Source of the DNA: Octopus sinensis
Taxonomy: Eukaryota
Length of the DNA stretch: 64,000 bases
Assembly: GCF_006345805.1 (NCBI RefSeq)
Contig: NC_042999.1
Span: 143,530,001-143,594,000, forward strand
Reading direction: 5' to 3'
Each line of letters begins with the position of its first letter. Positions within the stretch are counted from its first letter, which is position 1. Below, one piece after another: positions 53,951-64,000 of the stretch. The position numbers were made by a program, and so were the translations under genes. The notes under the pieces are model-generated. The model ran no database searches and was not told the origin of the DNA. It worked only from the letters and a program-made list of their open reading frames with translations.

Positions 53951-56314
53951 TTTAGACAGTATGTTTACTGGGATACTATCATAATTAAAATCCCTCACGA
54001 ACAAAGAAGTAAAAATAAAAGTCTTTAAGAAGTTCAAACGCAGTTTCAAATGTCATGGAAGAAAGAAAATTTGTTGTTTCATATTTAATCTAGTTTATAT
54101 TTCATAGAGATTTGAACCTCAACCGTATGATATTCAGTTAGAGATTACGAGTGATCCACCACAGTTTTACGTGATTGATGTATAAACCAACTAATCAACA
54201 TGAAGCTATGGCATGATATAGCTCCTCAGATTATCTAAAATTCACTCCATTTTCACCCTATAAAAGCTGTTTGACAGCTTAACTCACTCAGACAACTTCG
54301 AGAGACTGTTATGCGTTGGCCACTTTAGGCACTAGACCAAACCATATTGGGCACTCGGACAGACTACCTTGAGCAAGAAACAACTTCGGGTACTGACACA
54401 CAATGTACAACAGCTAGCTTTCTACTAGACTCAGCACGGTTCTCTCCTCCCAGTCGATGGTTATATTATCAACATCTTTCTTTTGTAAAGAGCCAATGCA
54501 GTGAATCATGACCAGCAATAAATATATAAAGCTAGAAGTTCATGAGTTTGCTTTTTTATAATATCTGCTGCCAGCTAGACCACACTACGATGGTGTTCAA
54601 TAATACAACACACAACCAACAAGCAGCCATCACAACAATGAACTTCACAACAGTACTAAAGCATTCGGGTATTATGCTCTATGAACCTGACTGTTAATTT
54701 GTATAAAATTTAAAATATATGCAATCATTATAAAAGCAAAACTTAACAGTTCAGTTTATAGCATAATACATGAACATTTTAGAAATATAAACTATTTTGA
54801 ATATGAAACAATGAAAGAATAATTATTGTTATCTATACACAGGTGTGTGTGTGTAAAGGCCTTGAACCTTATGCTAACAGGCAAGTAGATATGAGAATAT
54901 TTTCGTCGAAATTTCAGACCATTTACAATAACTATTGTTCTGTTTATGACTTAACAACAGCAGTCTATCTTCTGCTTAAATAATTTATCATTATATTGTT
55001 AAGGAAATGTTTTGAATGGCTACAAGATATATAGGGTACTGTATAACAGCATTTTTAAAAATTTCTAATCAGTACCTGTTAACACCATGTTAGATGTAAG
55101 ATCCAGCAGAACAGGGACGTAATTTTATGATATTTGTTAACTGAAGGAATATGAGTGAACGAAAGTGTTACTGTTAATGTATTTGTTTAGCCCCACAAGC
55201 CTGAATTGCGCATACCTATGATGAAACAAGAGATCTTTGGTTTTAAGTGCATATATCTGCAGAATTTATAAGGAAGCCAAAGCAATTCAAAGAAAGATAC
55301 AAAAATAGGTTTTGGTATCCCGAATAAGTGAAACGAATTTGTAAATACTCAAAAGTTACTTATTAAACTAGAAAAATACTCGGAGAGCATAAACCTCCAC
55401 CAAACAGCTCATTTCCACCCATATATATGCATGCTGAAAATTGCCCAATTTCCCAAACCAACGCCGGCGAAAACATAACCTTGGCGGGGGTAAAAATAAT
55501 AATAAGACAGCCATATGATTTTAAGAAAAAAAAAACCTTTAAAAACAGGAATCATCTGAAGTGGTTCACAACCACCAACATCATCAGAAACATTGTCATT
55601 GCTTCCACTTCAACCACATACACCGCCATCAATGTTATCATTACGGTCACTTCCACCACTACAATACTACCATTACACAACAAACACTATCATCAACACC
55701 ACTATTACCACCATCACCTCAGCATCACACCGCTCCTGTTGCCATCATAACCACCGTTACTATTTTATCCTCCTCCCATACTTATCTCGACCATCGTCAT
55801 CATCAACACTGTCTTTAAACAGCAATGCCACCATAGGTTATGTGGAACAATGTGTTTTCAAGGAAGATAATCAAAGAACGTAACATTGTAATACTTCATG
55901 TAAAGTAAATATTACAAATGAAAAATCCTGCAAGAATCCATAAAATTCCAGGATCACTACCAAAATTTCATCTTCTGTTCCTTGTGTCATTACCAACATT
56001 TCCTGCAAATTTCATCAAATACCGTTCACATCTTTTTGAGTTATTTTGTCCACAGATGGACAAACCAACGCCAATGAAAACATAACCTTCCTTGGCAGAG
56101 GTAATAATCTGTTTGACAACCTTATATTTTATTTTTATTTTCTTAAAAGACTTAACTTTTTCTATAACAACACATTTCCTTTAACTCTAATGATGAAGTT
56201 GTTCAACTTCGAAAGGCCCACAAACAGGACCATTCTTTATTAGGGGAAAACTGCGTGTCGAATAACTGAAGCAAACTCATGACATTTGACTGTAATATTT
56301 ATTACCGGATAGAC

Positions 56315-56710
56315 GGCAAGGTGGCAGAAGCGTTAGCACGCTGGGCGAAACGCGTAGCCGTATTTCGTCTGCCGTTACGTTCTGAGTTCAAGTTCCACCG
56401 AGGTCGACTTTGCTTTTCATCCTTTCAGGGTCGATTAAATAAGTACCAGTTACGCACTGGGGTTGATGTAATCGACTTAATCCATTTGTCTGTCCTTGTT
56501 TGTCCGCTCTATGTTTAGCCCCTTGTGGGTAGTAAAGAAATAGGTATTTCGTCTGTCTTTACGTTCTGAGTTCAAATTCCGCCGAAGTCGACTTTGCCTT
56601 TCATCCTTTCAGGGTCAATAAATAACGTACCAGTTGCGTAATGGAGTCAATCTAATCGACTGGCTCTCTCTCCAAAAATTTTGGGCCATGTACCTGGAGT
56701 AGAAAAGAAT
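56315..56710 (+). mobile_element. SINE family A tandem copy
   Basis: ggcaaggtggcagaagcgttagcacg head; central domain twice. Confidence 0.85.
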
Positions 56711-58239
56711 ATTTAATACTGGACATAATATATTTCATGTCGGTTATTTACAATGAAAAAATATTAATGATTGCCGACTTGAAGGAGAGAAAAACCACGC
56801 CGCCTCCGTAGAAGCTTCTAATAGGACATCGTGTAAATGTTCAGAATTGGTCTGTCCAAGAAACAGTTGTCTGTTCAAAAGTTCGGAGATCGTCTGCTTA
56901 GCAAAAGATGAGGCGTGTAAATCAGTCGGCTGCCCTAAGAGCCAAATGGATTATAAGGGGACAAGAGGTTAAATTTTAAAACATCCGAAAAAGCCATATC
57001 TCATCACAGGTTCACACTGACTGATCGATCAATCACGTGAAACTGTGGTGGTTCACACAAGGTGTCTAGCTGAGTAACTAGCACTTAGAGTTCGAATTTC
57101 GGCTACATTGCCACACTTCTATAAACATAAGTAGTTGTGTTGTAATCAAACTCAATAAGAAGAATAACCAGAAGAATAAAACAATCCCTAAGCAATTATA
57201 ATCCTTACTGCTATAGTTACAAAGCCTGAAATTTTGTGGGAGGGGGCTAGTCAATAATATCGGCTTCAGTGCTCAACATGTACTTATTTCCTCGACTTAA
57301 GAAGAATGAAAGGTAAAATCAACCTCAGTGGAATTTGAAGATAAAGACAGGCAAAATACTGTTAAGCGTTTTGTCCAGCGTGCTAACTGTTCTGCCAACT
57401 CGCCACTTTAACAATAATCCTTTCCGCTATGCGCAGTAAAGATCTTGCCAGCTCATCGCCTTAACAATAATAATAATTATTATTTTATTTTGACAGAATG
57501 CCAGCAAATTTTAGAGATGGGGAAGTTGATTATATCGACTCACGTGCTCAACTGGTACTTAATCTAAAAGGAAAACCTGAAAGTACTTAGTGTTGATGAA
57601 GAGCAATAACCCTGGAACTAGTCCATAAATGTTGCTTTGTGCTGAGCAGGGATGCTGAATTCACGGTTCGAAAATATAAGGACACAGATAATGTGTTGTA
57701 TAGCCAGCTAGAAACGATGTTTCTTGGGGTTAATAAACAGGACAGCCATATTGTTGGCAATTAAATCCTACCTGAAAGTGCACATTCTCAGGAAATGTTC
57801 TGAATCTTCTACACTTTCGGTCCTCAAAATGCACAAGGACAAATATATTTGTGAGTTATTAACATCACGCCAAAGGAATGAATAAAATGAGAGGGGAATT
57901 TCATCATATTTACACAAAAATGTTCAATTAAATATTCTTTTCTCTTTTTTTATTTTCCTCTTTTTCTTTTTGCTAGTTGCAAAATTGGAAATTGAAGACT
58001 GATGATGCCATTCTTTCAAAGTGGGATCGCAGGATTTCCTCATTCAAACTTTTGAATTTGAATTTCTGTATTCATTTTTACATTTTGAACTTGAATAAGA
58101 CAGGAAAGCTGTGGAAATATCGTTCAAATCAATAAACAAACTATTTAAATCGCACTGCACTCTTTGTATTGTCTATTTACCTTCGCAAAGAGTATGTCAA
58201 TCTTTTTAAAATTTAAAAATGATGATGATAATAATAATA

Positions 58240-58277
<38 letters not shown>

Positions 58278-59899
58278 TATTGATGATAATTATGATGATG
58301 ATGATGAAAACTGGAAGCCTTTAACTGAAGAGAAACTTAAATTCATGTATTTCCATTTAATGACATTTAATAAGTGACCTTTAAGTGTTTACATATTCGT
58401 TTCGTTTACTTGACATATCTGAGGCTACTTTTACATTTTTACTCGTGTTTTCATTCCATTTTCAGTTAACAGATCTATGTACTTAGAACCAACGATCGTC
58501 AAGAAAGACATACCAGCGTTTTATTATTCAAAATTTTTTTTAATTATTTTTTTTATTTGGATCACATCCATGTCTGTTTCCATAGTAACAAGCCGAACAT
58601 CAAAACTCTTTTGTCTGCAATAAAGCACGTGTTGACAAATATATTGAAACCACTTGTTGACGCTGTGTTCTATTATGTTTATCGCATGAAATGCATATCG
58701 AATGCTTAAATTTTTTTTTTTAATATTTACTTTGTAATGTGCTGTTTATTGCATTAAATGCATATTGAATGCTTAAAATTACAAAAGACATGTTGTTTAT
58801 TCATTTTCCGTGTGCAGAATACAAATTGACAACATGAGTTATTTTCAGGATGTTGACAAAGTGTGCTGTCACGCACCAAATGACACATTCAGATTGTGTT
58901 TGCTGAACGGGTGAAAATGATTAAACTTTAAACCCCTATAACTTTTTTTTTTAATTCTGGAAAAAGTAAAATAACTCCAGCAATTCAGCTCGGAAAACTA
59001 CATTAATCTATCAAATTTTAAAATTTTCGATTAACTTTAATTTTTGAAACCTTGGCAGCCAAACAGAAAAGATCCTTTCATTTCCATGCTTCAATTCAGT
59101 GATCTGTATTAAATGTGTCTTTCTAATTTTGAAGAAGCATGATGTGATAGTAGAGAAATTCAATTGCCATTTCTAATAATCGATTGATTTCACAGAGTAG
59201 AAGCTCTCTCATTACCTCAAGGTATCTATTTCCTGTTTTCCAAGTTGTGTCACGGTGACATTGCGAGTTGTATGAACCATTAAAATAGAGCATCCAATTA
59301 AATTGCAAGTGCAAACAAATATACCAGTTGGTTGGTCGCTGGGAAAGTAGGATTGATGGAATATAGACCAATCGGTTGGTCCGTCAGTAGGCAGGTAGGT
59401 CGGTAGGTAGAGGGCCGTGAAGCAAGAGGTTCAGCTAATATAATAGTTTAGGGTGCGAAAAGCCAAGGAAAGACCTTTGAATTAGGAAAAAGGGAGGAGG
59501 AGAGAGGGGAGGAGGAGAAGAAGAAAAAGAAAATCACCGACAAAACCATTGAATTTTGAATTGATCCTCCCTCCATCCCCATCGGGGTGGACTGAAAGTA
59601 AATCTTGCTCATCCTTGCAAAAGTTCTCTTGGAGATTCTGAATCAGATAGACTGGATTGGGTGTAAAGGTGGAAGAATACATGTTCCAAGTCCAAGAGGA
59701 TCTGGTTACACTTTGCTCAGCAAGATGAGTCATTACAGCCAGCAAAAGCCACTATGAGCATTGGGCAGTTGGCACCATCCTGGCCACCTCAGCCTGAGTA
59801 GGGTAGTGTGCAGGAAATTTCATCTGAGTGGAGGAAATGTGAACAAAAGGCGCTACTCTACTTAATAACATCTACAAGTTTGCCAGCCTGCAACTGTAG

Positions 59900-60725
59900 T
59901 CAGTATTGGCCACAATCCTCAAAAATATGACAGCCCAACTAGAGCAACAGCCTCAGTCCCCAGCAGCTCACATGTCAACAGCTATAAGAACGGTTATGCC
60001 CAATGAGAAAGCACTGAGTTGCTATAAGTCTTTGGTTTTGAATAGACCCTCTCTGTAACTTTCATCACCTGCAAGATCTTCTGGTATGTAAGCAATATTA
60101 CCGTTGAAACTACTGTCAGTCAGAGCCTAGTTGCAGTAAGAGGAAGCAGCATCAAAAATCTCTTTGCTTGAAGACAAGCTGGAGATTCTCCTGCTGATGT
60201 CCTTAACTAGGTTCCTGGACACTATGGCTGGGTGGCAGGAACCTGTGTTAATGTAAGACAACTTCTCATATGGTTTCCTAAAGGGCCTATAGGCACCTGA
60301 TTCCAGGTCTAGGGTCACATCAAGGAAATCTTCCATTTTCAGGTTGGTCCCTATAGTGACCTTCAGTCCAAAGGAGTTCATGGTGCTCGTTAGGTCCTTT
60401 CTGTGTCTATCTAGTGTGTGGCCATTAGCCCCTCTTGATATTGCCTGCACGTCGTCCCCATAGAGGCCAAAGCTAGTTGAAAGGAATTTCTTTTTTTGTA
60501 TATCTAGGGTGAAGAAACTGACTAGGTCAGTTAAATTCACAATGTCAAAAGCATTCATTGCCCCATGTCAAAGGAGCCTCCTAGCCCGGTGCATTTGGTC
60601 CAAAGAGACCCCTTATTGAAGAGTAGGGTTCTTCTGGCATGTATGATAATGTGCGTGTCCTTGTTGACTTCAGTACGGGCCCTAGTGAAGTTCAGTGGCT
60701 TTTAGAAGAGATCTCTGGATATACA
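59900..60725 (-). mobile_element. Degenerate Penelope-like (Nematis-like) RT fragment
   Basis: IHARRTLLFNKGSLWTK, FDMG (frameshift), GLYGDD, SFGLKVTI, FLDVTLDLESGAYRPFRKP..YINTGSCHP..ISRRISSLSSSKEIF; same clade as 1-1608. Confidence 0.8.
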
Positions 60726-60769
60726 GGGGTAGATATATTTTTATTTTAAGATATTTCGGATATAAGTGC

Positions 60770-61146
60770 AGAAGTGGCTGTGTGGTAAGAAGCTTGCTTC
60801 CTAACTACATGGTTCTGGGTTCAGTCCCACTGCGTGACACCTTGAGTAGTGTCTTCTACTATAGTGTCAGGCTGACCAAAGCCTTGTGAGTGGATTTGGT
60901 AGATGGAAACTGAAAGAAGCCCATTGTATATATATGTACGTACTTGTGTGTCTGTATTTGTCCCCCTGCTATTGCTTGGCAATTGATGTTGGTATGTTTA
61001 CATCCCCATGACTTATCAGTTCAGCAAAAGAGACCAATAGAATAAGTATTAGGCTTACAAAGAATAAGTCCTGGGGTCAATAAGTTCAATTAAAGGCAGT
61101 GCTCCAGCATGGCCACAGTCAAATAACTGAAAGAAGTAAAAAAAGA
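60770..61146 (+). mobile_element. SINE family B, full length (partial second copy 61254-61410)
   Basis: gtggctgtgtggtaagaagcttgc head; tail ggcagtgctccagcatggccacagtcaaataactgaaag. Confidence 0.85.
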
Positions 61147-61165
61147 GTATATGTATATTTATATA

Positions 61166-61200
<35 letters not shown>

Positions 61201-61671
61201 TCTTTATCCCATAATTAGTGGCCTGGTGCCCTGGTTAAAAGGATTATAGGTACAGGCATGGCTTTGTGGTAAGGAATTTGCTTTCCAACATCATGGTTCT
61301 GGGTTCAGTCTCACTGCATGGCACATTGGACAAGTGCCTTCTACTATAGCCTTAAGCTAACGAAAACCTTGTAAGTGGAGTTGGTAGGTGGAAACTGAAA
61401 GAAGCTGTTGCATGCATATATATATGTTTTTTCTGTGTCCCTTTCTGTAGAAGAGCGTAGGCTTGAAACGTAAAAGACTTTTTCTATTCCTGAGCGTTAT
61501 ACTAATACATCTATTTGTTTTGTACACCACCTATCTTTGTCTTTTGTTTTTTTCGTAAACTCTCCCTATATATACACACACTTTATCAATAAAGCATATT
61601 ACTTTACCTCTGGTATTCGAGTACTATTTTTTCTACCTTGTTTCACATTTACATACTTACTATGGTATATC

Positions 61672-61995
61672 ATCATCATCATCATAATCATTGTTTAACG
61701 CCTGCTTTCCATGCTGGTAAGCTAGGCGGCTGCACCAGGCTCCTGTGTTTCTACAGCTGGATGCCCTTCCTAACGCCAACCATTCCGAGAGTGTAGTTGG
61801 TGCATTTTTACATGTCACCAGTACAGGAGACATAGGGGGCTGGCATCAACCAATGATCGGATGGTGCTTTTTACATGCTACCAGCATGGGAGCCAGTCAA
61901 AGCGACACTGGCATCGACCATGTTTGGATGGTACTTTTGATATGCCTCCGGCACAGGGACCATAAGTACAATTTCCACTTGATTGTGATTTGATT
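61672..61995 (-). mobile_element. RTE-family 3' UTR fragment
   Basis: (CAT)n and ctggatgcccttcctaacgccaacca shared with 7661-7900. Confidence 0.75.
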
Positions 61996-62014
61996 TAATT
62001 TGATTTTGATTTTG

Positions 62015-62069
<55 letters not shown>

Positions 62070-62075
62070 CATACA

Positions 62076-63344
62076 CAGACATGCAGGAAGTAAATAGACA
62101 CCTTTAATTTTCAAAATCTTTTATTTAATATGCAAAGTGAACAATTGAAATGTAATTGATAGGTAGGACTACATACATTAGTATTTAGTTGACTTTCCCT
62201 TTGCAGTTTTTAATTCAGAAACTCTTTTTGGGATAGAATTGATGAGCTTTGTAATTGTCTTGGAATTTCTGCCCACTTTTCATGCAACAATCGAAACAAT
62301 TCATCTTTAGATTTAGGTTTCTGTTGAGTTTTTCATATAGCTCTATCTAGTATACTCCAAAGATTTTCAATTGGGTTAATGTCAGGAGATTGGCTCGGCC
62401 AAGGAAGCCTTTTGATCCTATTTTCAGTCAACAATTGTTGATTCCTTTTCGCTGTGTGGCATGGAGCCCCACCTTCCATGAATAAAATCTTATTTCTCAT
62501 TATGTTATCGTGTGAATACATTGGAAGCAGTCCTTGCTTAAGTATTTCGATGTATTTTTCAGAGTTTATGGTTCCAACACATTCGATCAGCTCAGAATGA
62601 CCATTGCTGGTGACAGTTCCCCATACCATTACAAAGATACTGCCATGTTTCACAGTTGGTTGGTGTTGTTTCAAATCAAATTCTTGATTGGGAAGCCTCC
62701 AGACCCAAACATGTCCACTGTCTGAAAATAATGCAAATCTGGATAATTCTGAGAAAATTGCTCCAACTCAAAATGAACTGGATTTTTCTGACATCTCCTC
62801 AGCCCATTTCTTTCTTTTCATGATATTAATTGGTTGAAGGAGAGGTTTTCTTCTAGCTGCTCGTCCATAATACCTAAGCTTATGCAGATAAATAACACAT
62901 GTTCTTGGACTAACTTCTATCTGTTTTGCAATGTCAGCAGCCTTCGAACAAGGTTCATTTTCCACAATTCTCTTCAAACAGTGTAGCTTCCTTTCCGAGG
63001 GCCCAGGTTAGCCAGGACAAGAATCTGTTGATTCTTTTCCCTGGCTTTTGAATTGCACTATAATTCTATTAACAGTAGCAAGAGGAATTTGATGATTTTC
63101 GGCAATTTTTCGCTGGCTAAGACCAGCCTCAGATTGCCCAACAATATGACCTCTTTGAAAATCCGACAGTTCTGCTGAATTTTTTGAGCATGGCATGGTT
63201 ACTCTTCGCAAATATTTAATATAATGGCACCTGGAATGAAAAAGAATAATTACATTGTTAATTCTATACTGCTGAAAACATATTAAGATGCTTAGATCAG
63301 AAATTTTGAAAATTAAAGGTGTCTATTTACTTCCTGCATGTCTG
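62076..63344 (-). mobile_element. Full-length, inactivated Tc1-like transposon
   Basis: TIRs CAGACATGCAGGAAGTAAATAGACACCTTTAATTTTCAAAA, TA at the right end. ORF pieces 63008-63211, 62768-62977 and 62333-62674 share one frame with stops. FSELSRF and FMEGGAPCH lack the usual catalytic Asp; WPSQSPDINPIENLW intact. Confidence 0.93.
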
Positions 63345-63348
63345 TAAA

Positions 63349-63936
63349 TTGAAAGGTATAATGAATAAATGCTCCAATTGGTCAAAAAATATAGATAAAC
63401 ATTAAAACAATAGGGCATCCAATGGCAAAACCAATAGTATAAAATATACACATATACACAAATGAAAGGTGATGAAACCTAAAAGGGTAATACGAGTGAA
63501 ATCGAATGAAGAAAAATAATTGTAATAAATTAATGCATAATAAAGACAACTAATGATGTGAAGCAGCATCCTTTGAAATGATTGTAGAGATGGGCTTGAA
63601 TGGACTCTGTTCTGGTTACCTTACACTTTATTTTTTATGTTTATATTTTTGTATTTTTATATAATTATCTTATTTTAATTCCATTGTCTTAAATTTTTAG
63701 TCGCTTTTATTATGCATTAATTTATTGCATTTATTTTTCGTCATTTTACTTTACTTGAATTACCCTTTTAGGTTGCATCACCTTTTATTCGTGTATATGT
63801 GTATATTTTATACTGTTGGGTTTTACTATTGGGTGCCCTATCATTTTAATATATATTTATATTCAAATTTTGATAATTTGGGATTGATATAAAGTTGTTT
63901 TGACCGATTGGAGTGTTTATTCATTATACCTTTCAA
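63349..63936. repeat. Diverged inverted repeat (~210-bp arms, ~140-bp spacer)
   Basis: ttgaaaggtataatgaataaatgctccaattggtcaaaa / ttttgaccgattggagtgtttattcattatacctttcaa, with pairing continuing inward. Confidence 0.75.
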
Positions 63937-64000
63937 TATATTTCTCCTTTTGCCTCTGTGTCACCTGGGAACTTCCAGCTGCAGTCCTATTTTCATTTTT

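Noticed and set aside
55427-55883. His/Thr-rich ORFs
   Set aside because: Degenerate (CAT/CAC/ACC)n low-complexity tract with similar ORFs in all three frames.

Overview
AT-rich, microsatellite-dense eukaryotic DNA made almost entirely of transposable elements. The SINE families and simple repeats look like an octopod cephalopod genome (my inference). I found no host protein-coding exon. Retroelements: Penelope-like elements (PLEs), an RTE LINE, CR1/L2-group LINEs, two R4/Dong-type LINEs in TAA arrays and at least three tRNA-derived SINE families. DNA elements: Tc1/mariner relics and several MITEs. There is one tRNA-Ser(AGA) gene. Main discovery: a ~2.9 kb array at 43151-46028 of a ~492-bp non-coding unit. 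Every complete unit contains an intact type I hammerhead ribozyme (HHR) with an unusually long stem II. The array is a mirror-image palindrome with three HHRs on each strand, so transcription either way would give a multimeric RNA that self-cleaves into ~492-nt structured monomers, like a retrozyme or viroid-like circular RNA. Several other HHR families occur in the window, often as inverted pairs; one follows a tRNA-like Pol III head and one lies upstream of a PLE ORF.
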